A stretch of DNA of 34,215 nucleotides, from NCBI RefSeq assembly GCF_001194135.2, contig NC_069000.1, forward strand, positions 34,429,143 through 34,463,357. Direction: 5' to 3'. The stretch comes from Octopus bimaculoides. Its lineage: Eukaryota. Position 1 is the first letter of the stretch. Each line of letters opens with the position of its first letter. Below are positions 1 through 10,650 of this stretch, in pieces. The notes under the pieces were generated by a model. It ran no database searches, was not told the origin of the DNA, and saw only the letters and a list, made by a program, of their open reading frames with translations. The translations under genes and the position numbers were made by a program.

Positions 1-22
1 CACTAAGCCATGTACCTCCCTT

Positions 23-37
23 TGTTGAGTATATATG

Positions 38-89
<52 letters not shown>

Positions 90-116
90 ATATATATATA
101 TATATGTATAGATACT

Positions 117-170
<54 letters not shown>
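23..170. repeat. Compound microsatellite (TA)n/(TG)n/(GATA)n
   Basis: Directly visible tandem units. Confidence 0.95.
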
Positions 171-172
<2 letters not shown>

Positions 173-454
173 TGGTGGTGGTGATGGTGGATGGAAGCAT
201 AAATACAAAGACACACACATATCTATATATATTTTTTATGTTCATGCACTTCACTACCACCACTACCACCACCACCAATCATTGGGCTGCAGCCATACTG
301 GGGCACTGCCTTCAAAGGTTTAGCCAGACAAATCAATCCCAGTACTTACTTATAAATCTGATATGTATTCTATCAGCCATTAGACGAAATACCGCTAAGC
401 ATTTTGCCCGGTGCGCTAACATTTCTGCCAGCTCGCTGCCTTAAATATATATAT

Positions 455-620
455 GTAATGGGCTTCTACACAGTTTCTGTCTAACAAATCCATTCACAAG
501 ATGTTGATTGGCTTGGGACTATAGTTGAAAACATTTGCCCAAGATGCCATGCTGTCGGACTGAACCCAAAACTACATGTTTGTAAAGAGAGCTTCTTATC
601 CACACAACCATGCCTATATG
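455..620 (-). mobile_element. tRNA-derived SINE head, family B (diverged)
   Basis: Reverse complement matches the head at 31531-31690. Further B copies lie at about 3410-3555(-), 5985-6050(-), 12290-12445(-), 15903-16041(+), 16530-16690(-) and 28338-28490(+). Confidence 0.8.
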
Positions 621-849
621 TTACATCTACATTAAAAATGCAAGTCAAGTTTTTGAAACGTCTCTCTTTCTGATGTCATCATCTTTAATGATTTCACAGT
701 CATCAGTTTTTCTTGTTATTTTACTCTTTTATTCTTTTACTTGTTTAAGTCATTTGATTGCGGCCATGCTGGAGTACCGCTTTTAGTCAAGCAAATTGAC
801 CCCAGGACTTATTCTTTGTAAATAATAATAATAATAATAATAATAATAG

Positions 850-1063
850 TTTTAAATTTGGCCACAAGGGCAGCAATTTTGGGGGAGGGGTTGAGTCGAT
901 TACATCGATTCCAGTGTTCGACTGGTACCTATTTTATCGACCCTGAAAGGATGAATGGTAAAGTCAACCTTAGTGGAATTTGAACTCAGAACATAGTGAC
1001 AGGCAAAATGCTGCTAAGTATTTTGTCCAGCAGCACTAACAATTCTGCCAGCTCACCACCTTA
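850..1063 (-). mobile_element. SINE family A
   Basis: Reverse complement gives GGTGGTGAGCTGGCAGAA...GAGTTCAAATTCC...CATCCTTTCAGGGTCGATAAAATAGGTACCAG, with an (ATT)n tail at about 826-848. Other minus copies lie at about 10020-10335, 13778-13900, 24000-24215 and 24500-24690. Confidence 0.88.
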
Positions 1064-1339
1064 ATGATGATGATGATGATGATGGAGACTGTTAGATTAG
1101 AGACTATATATTATAATTATTTATTAATTTGTCATGTCAGTTTAAGGTGGAAACGGTGAGGTGGATGGAAGAGACGGGGGGAGGGGAGGAGGGAGGTCAA
1201 AGGAAACCAATTTTGAAGTTGTTTTATGAAAGCTGTAATAATATCATAGCATGTCATAAAAGAGCCTATTTTTCTTTTTTTGATGAAAAGATAGGAAGAA
1301 AGAGATTTACCATGAAGTATATTGCCTAATTAATAACAG

Positions 1340-1404
1340 AATCTAAGTTCTTAAACATGGCTTTGGTTTTCCACAAGTTACCACTGACAAAATTGAATTA
1401 TCAA
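1340..1404 (+). CDS. Candidate short exon (SKFLNMALVFHKLPLTKLNYQ), unidentified
   Basis: Acceptor cctaattaataacag (alternative ttggttttccacaag, exon start 1378); strong donor CAA|gtaaga; frame open. No homology recognised. Confidence 0.25.
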
Positions 1405-1555
1405 GTAAGATTTGCAGACTTTTGAATTTCCCATTGAAATTTGTCAGTTTTAGTCAGGGCTTTTTAAAAAATTTTTTTTTTTTTTATTACTATTATTTTA
1501 TCCTTTTTATTTTTATTTTATCTTTATTTTATTTTGTTTTCTTGTTTGAAAACAG

Positions 1556-1607
1556 CCGTGTGAAAGAAATTATTCCTCCTTCTGTCAGATGATATATTAC
1601 CTTCCAT
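1556..1607 (+). CDS. Candidate short exon (PCERNYSSFCQMIYYLP), unidentified
   Basis: Long T-rich tract ending in aaacag; phase-compatible with 1340-1404; weaker donor CAT|gttaag. Confidence 0.2.
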
Positions 1608-1754
1608 GTTAAGGAGTTTAATGTGTCAGTACAACACCATGCTGTCCCCTTTTAATGTCCCTTTACATTAAATTCTTGTTGACTCTATACACTGTAATAC
1701 ACTGCTTTGCACACCAAACTAAGAAACATTTTTTTTTTCTGTACTGGGTTAACT

Positions 1755-1950
1755 ATGGAGCCTCTCTGTGATCACTTGACTTGCTAGATATAGCAACCAA
1801 ACTTCCCTCAAACCACACTTTACTGTCTTAAAACAAAAAGGACACATTGGACCAAAATCTTCATTCAAGATGTAAATAAAAGGAGGACAGTCATGACCAG
1901 AATGTCTTTGGTCTTGAGCCTGCTTCATCAAGACTGACCAGTACATCCTT
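1755..1950 (+). mobile_element. Interspersed repeat family G (probable SINE, diverged)
   Basis: The GAGCCTC...CTTGCTAGATATAGCAACCAAA motif recurs at about 2890-2990(+), 7120-7180(+), 14835-15015(-) and 24725-24790(-). Confidence 0.65.
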
Positions 1951-1974
1951 AAATGAATTTTAGCTCCTCTAGGT

Positions 1975-2165
1975 GAGGTCCATACTGGGTCACAGCCTTG
2001 AAGGGTTTTCGTTGAACAAATCCACTCCTGTACATATTTTTAAGTCTGGTACTTATTCTATAAGTCTCTTTTGCTGGACTGCTAAGTCACTTGGATGTAA
2101 ACAAACCAACACCAGTTGTCAAGTGGTAGTGGAGTCAAGCACAAACACAAAAATATGCATACATC
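1975..2165 (-). mobile_element. 3' module of composite SINE E
   Basis: Reverse complement matches 31815-32010. Other 3' modules lie at about 720-820(-), 9455-9575(+), 14478-14700(-), 17945-18200(-) and 32590-32830(+). Confidence 0.8.
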
Positions 2166-2640
2166 CATATACGGGTAATATTATCCATTATTTCTGCTGT
2201 TTTAACAGCAATGCTGCATTCAAAAATTTCACCTTTGACACTTCTAATACAAAACAAATGTAAGTTTGCTTATATATACACATATGGTTGTTATGTATTT
2301 ATATATGTGTGTATGTNNNNNNNNNNNNNNNNNNNNNNNNNNNNNNNNNNNNNNNNNNNNNNNNNNNNNNNNNNNNNNNNNNNNNNNNNNNNNNNNNNNN
2401 NNNNNNNNNNNNNNNNNNNNNTTAAAGGTCAAAATTTCTAGTGCGTACTATATACGAAGTTAAAAATGAAAAATATTTTCTAAGCAAAATTTTCTAAGTG
2501 ATAAATATGTGAAAGGCAATTTACTTAATATTTATTTTTCACTGACTTTATTACTGTTATTTCTTTATTTTCTGCAAACAAAGTGCACAAAAAGCTACAT
2601 GTTTGTATTATGTTATATATCCAATAATAATAAAGGACGT

Positions 2641-2807
2641 TACTGTATATACATTTACAAACCAAGGACGTTATATCGACCTTCTTGACTCAAGTTAGAA
2701 AAGGGGTGCATATTATACACAAGGTTTAGGTTTTACAGAGGTACAGCCCCCTAAAAATCCCCTGTGTATTATACTCAAGGGCGGACTATACTCAAGGATT
2801 TACAGTA
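2641..2807. mobile_element. Tc1/pogo-like MITE remnant
   Basis: Right end GGGCGGACTATACTCAAGGATTTACAG-TA (2779-2807); left end TA-CTGTA is only partly complementary. Confidence 0.45.
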
Positions 2808-3109
2808 TATATATTTATAGTATGTATATATGATGATTGTCACTTCTTTACAGAAGAAGGCCATCTCTTCAATTAATAAATACTGTCATGAGATCTTATA
2901 TGACTAGCAAGTCCTGCTCTTGACAACCAAACTCTACTGCATATCTTACAAATATCTTAAAGCAGAAAAGTGTCTGGGATTGTAGTTAAGTCCTGTCTAC
3001 GAAGTGCTCATTTCAAGATAGATTGTTCAATTCTCCGAGCTTGAAATGCTTTACATCTATATATATATAATATATATTTCATGTTATCCTTAGAAGTGAG
3101 GCACTTTAC

Positions 3110-3206
3110 CAGTATTTTTGGACTCAGGGTCCAATAGAACAGAACACTCCAAATCCTTGTTAGAGTATCTATGTAACCAAAGTAAGGACTGACTTCCTTG
3201 TAATGG
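3110..3206 (-). CDS. Candidate exon (PLQGSQSLLWLHRYSNKDLECSVLLDPESKNT), unidentified
   Basis: Minus-strand T-rich acceptor ...tttcatgattttaag and donor CTG|gtaaag; 97 nt, two frames open. Confidence 0.25.
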
Positions 3207-3789
3207 CTTAAAATCATGAAACACATAATAATAAAAGTCAAACCAAATATTAATATTTTGAATGCAAGAATACACACATTTCAGATCATTTTGCAGGAGA
3301 TAAAAAGCAATTCATCTCTTACATAGCATCTTCCTCAGTTAAAACCTTTCAAAAGATGTACAGTAGAATACACCTTTTACATATATAGTTTTGGGAAATA
3401 TGACAGACCTCCACACAGCTTCCATCTGCTCAATTCACTCAGAAGGCACTGGTTGACCTGACACTATAGTAGAAGACTCTCACCCAAGGTACCATGAAGA
3501 GGGTCTGGATCCAAAACCACATTTTTGCAAAGCAAGCTTCATAACCACAGAAATTACCTACAAAATGTCACTATGGTTTGATGTTTTGATATAAGTATTA
3601 ACACTAAAATGGTAGAGTTACAGAAATTATAGAGCATCACTCTAAATAACATTATTTTCACTTTCTGTCTTCTGTGTTCTTAATGCAAATCCTAATGGGT
3701 TTTCTATGTTATATATTAGGGTTAATTTTAGTTGATTACTTTCAAATGTGTGGCCTTTTACCCATCATAACAGGCATCATTATTATTGT

Positions 3790-4815
3790 TAAGAAGGTGA
3801 TGAGCTGGCAGAAGCATTAGCACACTGGGCAAAATGCTTAGCAGTATTTCGTCCGTCTTTATATTCTGAGTTCAAATTCCGCTGAAGTTGACTTTGCCTT
3901 TCATCCTTTCATGGTTGATAAATTAAGTACCAGTGAGACACTGGGGTTGATATAATCGACTAGTCCCCTCCCCTTAAATTTCAGGCCTTGTGCCAATAAT
4001 AGATAGGATTATTATTATTGTTAAGAAGGTGACTAGTTGGCAGAAATGTTAGCATACCAGGCAAAATACTTTGTGGTATTCTGTCCATCTTTACATTCTG
4101 AGTTCAAATTCTGCCAATTTGCCTTTTATTCTTTCAGGGTTGATAAATGAAGTACCAATGAAACACTAGGGTCAATGTAATTGATTAGTCCCCTCCCCAA
4201 AAATTTCAAGCCTTGTTCCTGTAGTAGAAAGGATTATGATAGTTAAGGTGGTGAGCAGACAGAATTGTTAGTGTGGCAGACAAAATGCTAAGTTCTTAAC
4301 TAAGAACTCATTACATTCTTGGCTCAAATCCTGCTGAGGCTGACTTTGTCTTTCACTCTTTTGGAGTTAATCAAATAAGCACCAGCTGATCATTAGAATT
4401 GATTTAATTAAATATCCCCCACTCTACCAAAGTTTCAGGCCTTCTGCCTATAGTAAAGAGAATTATCTTTCTCAGGTTGATAAAAAATAAGTACCAGCCA
4501 AGCACTGGGGTCAAAATAATCAAGGGACTCCCTCCAACAATGTTTCAGGCTCTGTGCACATAGTTGACAACAATGTTGTTGTTGTTGTTATATAAGTGAT
4601 GGTGGTTTAGTGAAATTGTTAGAGCATTGTGATATTTATTGCAGCTCTTTACATTCTGAGTTCAAATCCTTCTGAGGTTTATTTTACTTTGCTTCTTTCC
4701 AAGAGTGATAAAATAAAGTAAGTACCAGTCATGAACCAGGGGCTGATATAATCAGCTAACCACCCTACTTCACTCAAAGCTGCTGGTCTTTTGCTGAAAT
4801 TAGAAATCATTTAGT
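3790..4815 (+). mobile_element. Head-to-tail cluster of five SINE-A copies
   Basis: Units at about 3790-4015, 4021-4240, 4243-4465, 4467-4590 (5'-truncated) and 4592-4815, each with the ATAAATTAAGTACCAG/CTGGGGT motif and a short ATT or GTT tail. Confidence 0.88.
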
Positions 4816-5060
4816 TGTTGCTGTTGTCGTCGTCGTTGTCATCGTCGTTGTCGTCGTCTTTTTCTTCTTCTTCTTCTTCTTTTCCTCCTCCTCCTCCTAC
4901 TTCTTTTCTTATCCACCTTTTCTTCCTCCTCCCCTTCCTCTTACTTCTCCTTTTCTTCTCCTTTTCTGCCTCCTCCTTTCCTCCTCTTTCTCCTGTTTCT
5001 CCCCCTCTTCTGTTCTTCCCCCACCTCCTCCACTTCCTGTTCCTCTCCCTACTCCCCTAA
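4815..5060. repeat. Pyrimidine-rich low-complexity tract (GTC/TTC/CTC)
   Basis: Directly visible. Confidence 0.9.
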
Positions 5061-5152
5061 TCTTTTGACTGGATGCTTTCCCTGCAGCCACACCTCATGC
5101 AACTCTGAAGTGCATTGGGTGCATGTCTCTCTGTTTGTTTTCTCTTCTATTG

Positions 5153-5263
5153 GCACTGCCTTACATAACAATAATATATACATACAGTGCCTTAACATAA
5201 TAATATATACATACAGTGCCTTAACATAATAATAATATATGTGTACAGTACCTTAAAATATAT
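5153..5263. repeat. Minisatellite of about 29-32 bp (CAGTGCCTTAACATAATAATATATACATA), about 4 copies
   Basis: Tandem copies visible. Confidence 0.85.
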
Positions 5264-5465
5264 GTGGAGTACCTCAAACTTCTAATAATATTTCCTTTAT
5301 GTTGTGTTTGCGTGTCAGTTCTGTCATTTTGGTTAGATTTTTGTCTGCATCTTCTTTTCATCAATCCCGGGGTACTTGTTATTATCAGGATTGTTTCCAG
5401 TTTCAATTCCCTGCACTCTGATTATCTATATTTCCAGATTTTGATATTTGGATAGTTTTGATATC

Positions 5466-5519
<54 letters not shown>

Positions 5520-5530
5520 CATCGTTGTTG

Positions 5531-5561
<31 letters not shown>

Positions 5562-5790
5562 GTAATGAAGTTTACCTTGTACATTGAATAGACACTTCCG
5601 AGTAAATAGCTCATTAGCAACCTTGTTTACTGAATTCATATCCAGTCACAGAAATCAGTGTTTTGTTTTTATTTTATTTTATTTTTCTTAAGAAACGTAC
5701 TGAATTGGCAGGATTCTTAAAGTATCTGGTAAAATGCATTGCAGTCCTTGTTTTGGCTGTTTTCATTCTGAGTTCAAATCCTACCAATAG

Positions 5791-5930
5791 CAGCAACAAC
5801 AAACTAAATGATTTCTAATTTCAGCAAAAGACAAGCAATTTTGAGTGAAATGGGATTGTTAGTTGATTATATCAGCCCCTGGTTCATGACTGGTACTTTA
5901 TTTTATCACTCTTGGAAAGATGCAAAGTTA
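5791..5930 (-). repeat. Inverted duplicate of 4686-4825
   Basis: Manual alignment gives about 10 mismatches and 2 small indels over about 135 nt, including non-consensus bases and flank. Confidence 0.85.
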
Positions 5931-6059
5931 ACTTTACTGGTCACCCTTTCAGGGTTGCTAGAATAAAGCACAAGTCAATAATAGAAGACATTTGGCTAAG
6001 GTGTCATGAGGTGTGATTGAACCTGAAACCATGTGGTTGTAAAATGAGCATACAAATTC

Positions 6060-6553
6060 CTAGAAAGAGCCAACAGTCAAAATATCAAATCACTGATCAT
6101 GAAACACCGTCTTCTTGCTACAGGACACGTTAACAAGAATGGAAGACTTAAGGCTTCCATGCCAAGTCTTATTCAGTGAGCTCACCTCAGGAAAAAGACC
6201 ACGGTGTTGCCCTCTTTGAAGAAATAAGGAACTCAATGCAACACTGAAGGCCACTGGACTGAAGGCCTAAATTGTTTGAATCACAAGCCTGAGACTGTAC
6301 CCAGTGGTGGTGTTCCATCACCATCAGAACTAAAAACTTCAAAGCCACCAGAAGAGAAAAAGAAGAAATGAAACAACAGGAGGGAAAGGGTCGACAAAAT
6401 CAACCTTGTCCTCCACCAACATTACCATGCAGTCAATGCCTTCATTAACTGTTCTATGCAAGAATTGGCCTACAGAGACATCAATGCTATCACCATAAAG
6501 GAAGTGTCCAGCAGAGAAGAAACTAAGTTCTCGGATTCAAGATAAAGCCACCA
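6060..6553 (+). mobile_element. Decayed 3' end of an RTE-clade (BovB-like) LINE
   Basis: Conceptual translation with stops and frameshifts: LERANSQNIKSLIMKHRLLATGHV/TRMEDLRLPCQVLFSELTSGKRPR...PPPTLPCSQC..LFYARIGLQRH. This fits the RTE 'WAGHVxRMxDxRLP..LxxGKR' block and a C-terminal C2H2-like knuckle. Confidence 0.85.
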
Positions 6554-6588
6554 CTGTCTACTTGGACCTGTATTTTAGTCAAGATATA

Positions 6589-6824
6589 CTGTATTTTTCA
6601 GCGTACAAGTTAATATAGTATATAGTGTATACGTTTAGTGTGAACATCTTATGTTTCCAAAACCTGCTGCATTTCTTATGGAATCTTTATGGAATCAAGA
6701 CAACTTATGGAATCAAGACAACTTATGGAATCCAAAGTTGTCTTGATATATAAGTTGACCTGTCTTTTTTTGGGGGCTGTAAATTTTTGTCTGAAAAATT
6801 TGACTTTTATGCTGGAAAATACAC
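6589..6824. mobile_element. Tc1/pogo-like MITE with internal 18-bp tandem repeats
   Basis: TA-CTGTATTTTTCAGCGTACAAGT ... GACTTTTATGCTGGAAAATACAC imperfect TIRs. Confidence 0.55.
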
Positions 6825-6829
6825 TTTTG

Positions 6830-6989
6830 GAAATAGTGAAGAATTTAGTAAAATAACTCTGTTGCTAATAAGCTGGTGTTTGGAAGATAAGTTAACAAGT
6901 AATTATAATGGGAGGTGTTAATTTAAAACGGAAAGTTTATACCATAAAACCAGGGGTTGATTTGGGCAGATTGGTATCAAAAGAGTTAA
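6830..6989. mobile_element. Possible piggyBac-like MITE right end
   Basis: Ends GGTATCAAAAGAG-TTAA; no partner TIR found. A similar TTAACTCTTT start occurs at about 18984. Confidence 0.3.
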
Positions 6990-7185
6990 ATAATCTGACC
7001 ATAGACATAATACAGTGCTGATAATAGGATATGAACTGTCGACTTTGGGCTAGCTCTTTGTTACCCTATCCACTCAACTATCTGTAGCCTCCTTAACAAC
7101 TGACAAATAGCATGAAACAAAGAGGAAGCCTCATGCTTATTGCTCAATCTGCTAGAAATAGCAGCAAAACATCCGTGCTTTAAAC

Positions 7186-7413
7186 TAGTTGTTCCCAAAG
7201 TGGGTAGTATTGCATGGAAAGTTCTAAGGGGGCATTGAAGAAAAGTGAGGTGATAATGGGGTAGCGATTCATGTAAAAAGTGGGGCAATAATTGGGGAGT
7301 GCTTCATGTAAACCAACAAAATAATGGGTTCATTAGGTTAAGTTTTATTTGAGAAATACAGTTGCTTTGAATTTGCTTCAGAAAGAGGTCTATGTTTGTG
7401 GTGGTTAGTTTGG
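7186..7413 (+). mobile_element. Possible hAT (Charlie-like) MITE left end, running into a gap
   Basis: TAGTTGTTCCCAAAGTGGG resembles the CAGTGGTTCCCAAA termini of hAT MITEs; the other end is not seen. Confidence 0.35.
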
Positions 7414-8189
7414 NNNNNNNNNNNNNNNNNNNNNNNNNNNNNNNNNNNNNNNNNNNNNNNNNNNNNNNNNNNNNNNNNNNNNNNNNNNNNNNNNNNNNNN
7501 NNNNNNNNNNNNNNNNNNNNNNNNNNNNNNNNNNNNNNNNNNNNNNNNNNNNNNNNNNNNNNNNNNNNNNNNNNNNNNNNNNNNNNNNNNNNNNNNNNNN
7601 NNNNNNNNNNNNNNNNNNNNNNNNNNNNNNNNNNNNNNNNNNNNNNNNNNNNNNNNNNNNNNNNNNNNNNNNNNNNNNNNNNNNNNNNNNNNNNNNNNNN
7701 NNNNNNNNNNNNNNNNNNNNNNNNNNNNNNNNNNNNNNNNNNNNNNNNNNNNNNNNNNNNNNNNNNNNNNNNNNNNNNNNNNNNNNNNNNNNNNNNNNNN
7801 NNNNNNNNNNNNNNNNNNNNNNNNNNNNNNNNNNNNNNNNNNNNNNNNNNNNNNNNNNNNNNNNNNNNNNNNNNNNNNNNNNNNNNNNNNNNNNNNNNNN
7901 NNNNNNNNNNNNNNNNNNNNNNNNNNNNNNNNNNNNNNNNNNNNNNNNNNNNNNNNNNNNNNNNNNNNNNNNNNNNNNNNNNNNNNNNNNNNNNNNNNNN
8001 NNNNNNNNNNNNNNNNNNNNNNNNNNNNNNNNNNNNNGGTGGTGGCAGAAGGCTGGGGCTCACACACATACAAAGATGAAATGTCAAAGTACCAAAACAT
8101 ATGCAGTAATGACATATTTATTGTATTCTCGTTTAGCACATTCCATCTTGGGGAAATAAAAAAAAAAGAATGGACTTCATTAAACGGTT

Positions 8190-8610
8190 AACGATGATGC
8201 TGTTTACAATTACAATCATCATTACCATTATCACAATTGCAATCATCAGTTGTTGTTGTCGTCCTCCTCCTCCATATCATCATCATCATTATCACCATCT
8301 TCCTCTTCCTCCTCACCATCAGTATTCACCATCATCATCATCATTGCCAACATCATCATCACTATCGCCATTCTCCTCCTCCTCATTATCATCATCATCA
8401 TCATCACTTCCACCATCATCCTCAACATCATCATCATCATCACCATTGTAATCATCTTCCTCCTCCTCGTTTTCCTCCACATCATCACTGTCGTCGTCAT
8501 CATCATCGTCATCATCTCTTTTTCTTTCTTAGTAAGTCAAAGAACCACCACTCAGTCAACCAGCCTTATGCAAGCTAAATGTATGGAGAAGAAGAAGAAG
8601 AAGAAGATAC
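8190..8610. repeat. Degenerate (ATC)n/(TCC)n/(GAA)n trinucleotide tract
   Basis: Directly visible. Confidence 0.92.
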
Positions 8611-9669
8611 AGATGTTAAAACNNNNNNNNNNNNNNNNNNNNNNNNNNNNNNNNNNNNNNNNNNNNNNNNNNNNNNNNNNNNNNNNNNNNNNNNNNNNNN
8701 NNNNNNNNNNNNNNNNNNNNNNNNNNNNNNNNNNNNNNNNNNNNNNNNNNNNNNNNNNNNNNNNNNNNNNNNNNNNNNNNNNNNNNNNNNNNNNNNNNNN
8801 NNNNNNNNNNNNNNNNNNNNNNNNNNNNNNNNNNNNNNNNNNNNNNNNNNNNNNNNNNNNNNNNNNNNNNNNNNNNNNNNNNNNNNNNNNNNNNNNNNNN
8901 NNNNNNNNNNNNNNNNNNNNNNNNNNNNNNNNNNNNNNNNNNNNNNNNNNNNNNNNNNNNNNNNNNNNNNNNNNNNNNNNNNNNNNNNNNNNNNNNNNNN
9001 NNNNNNNNNNNNNNNNNNNNNNNNNNNNNNNNNNNNNNNNNNNNNNNNNNNNNNNNNNNNNNNNNNNNNNNNNNNNNNNNNNNNNNNNNNNNNNNNNNNN
9101 NNNNNNNNNNNNNNNNNNNNNNNNNNNNNNNNNNNNNNNNNNNNNNNNNNNNNNNNNNNNNNNNNNNNNNNNNNNNNNNNNNNNNNNNNNNNNNNNNNNN
9201 NNNNNNNNNNNNNNNNNNNNNNNNNNNNNNNNNNNNNNNNNNNNNNNNNNNNNNNNNNNNNNNNNNNNNNNNNNNNNNNNNNNNNNNNNNNNNNNNNNNN
9301 NNNNNNNNNNNNNNNNNNNNNNNNNNNNNNNNNNNNNNNNNNNNNNNNNNNNNNNNNNNNNNNNNNNNNNNNNNNNNNNNNNNNNNNNNNNNNNNNNNNN
9401 NNNNNNNNNNNNNNNNNNNNNNNNNNNNNNNNNNNNNNNNNNNATTTTGATAGAATAAATACTAGGCTTTAAAAAAAAATAATGTACTAGTGTCTATTTG
9501 CTTTACTAAAACCCTTCAAAGTGATGCCCCAGCATGACCACAGTCTAATGAGTGAAAGAAGTAAAAAAAAAAAGACACAACAATATTTTATATTTTTTTC
9601 TATTTTTCTACAGAATTGGTTTTATCTATTTTTCGGTTTTAGACCCTTCCGTCATCTCTAATCTCAGGA

Positions 9670-10650
9670 ATGGCCGTGTGGTTAAGAAGCTTGCTTTGTG
9701 CCCAAGGATTTTCAGGTTCAGTCCCACTGCATAGCACCTTTGGGAAACTTCTACCCCAACTATTGTCCCAGGTAGACCAATGCCTTGTGAGTTAATTCCG
9801 TAGATGGAAACTGTGTGGAAGCCCATCACACACACAGACACACACACACATATGTATGTGTGTGTGTGTGTATGTCATTGCCAGAACTGCCTTACTGGCC
9901 CTCGTGCCGGTGGCATGTAAAAGCAGCCACTACATTCTCGGAGTGGTTGGCATTAGGAAGGGCATCCAGCTGTAGAAATCTTGCCAGATCAGACTGAACT
10001 TGATGGGAGGGAGCCAGTCGATTAGATGAATCCCAGTATGCAACTGGTACTGAATTTATTGACCCCGAAAGGATGAAAGGTAAAGTCGACCTCAGTGGAA
10101 TTTGAACTCAAAATGTAAAGACAAACGAAATACTGCTATGCATTTTGTCCAGCGTACTAATGTTTCTTATTTCTTTATTGACCACAAGGGGACTAAACAT
10201 AGAGAGGACAAACAAGGACAGACAAAGGATTAAGTCAATTACATCGACCCCAGTGCATAACTGGTACTTAATTTATCGACCCCGAAAGGATGAAAAGCAA
10301 AGTTGACCTTGGCGGAATTTGAACTCAGAACATAATGTATGTATATATATATATATGTGTGTATGTATATATGTATGTCTGTACATATGCATATATATGT
10401 GTGTATCTCTCTGTGTGTCTCCGTGTTTGTAATCTGCCCCTCTCCTCTCCACTTGACAACCAGTGTCAGTTTGTTTATGTCTCTGTGACTTAGTAGTTCA
10501 GCAAAAGGGTCCAGTGGAATAAAAAAAAAAAGAAAACAACACACACACACACAGAAGAAAACATAAGTACTGGGGTCATTTATTCAACTAAAACCCTTCA
10601 AAGCACTGCTCCAGCATGGCTGTAGTCCAGTGACAGAAACAAGCAAAAGA
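9670..10650 (+). mobile_element. Composite SINE E with nested insertions in its linker
   Basis: B head 9670-9830, CA/TG linker, family F fragment 9876-10000, SINE-A fragments (-) 10020-10335, TA/TG linker, E 3' module 10420-10650. Confidence 0.7.

Noticed and set aside
3290-3395. CATCTCTTACA..CAGTTAA segment resembling 23570-23660, with a donor-like gtaagag on the minus strand
   Set aside because: Occurs twice in the window in diverged form, so more likely an old repeat fragment than an exon; family not identified.
7338-9472. Long ORFs of 227-402 aa in the ORF track (also 20162-21130 and 25244-26021)
   Set aside because: They are made almost entirely of N-gap codons.
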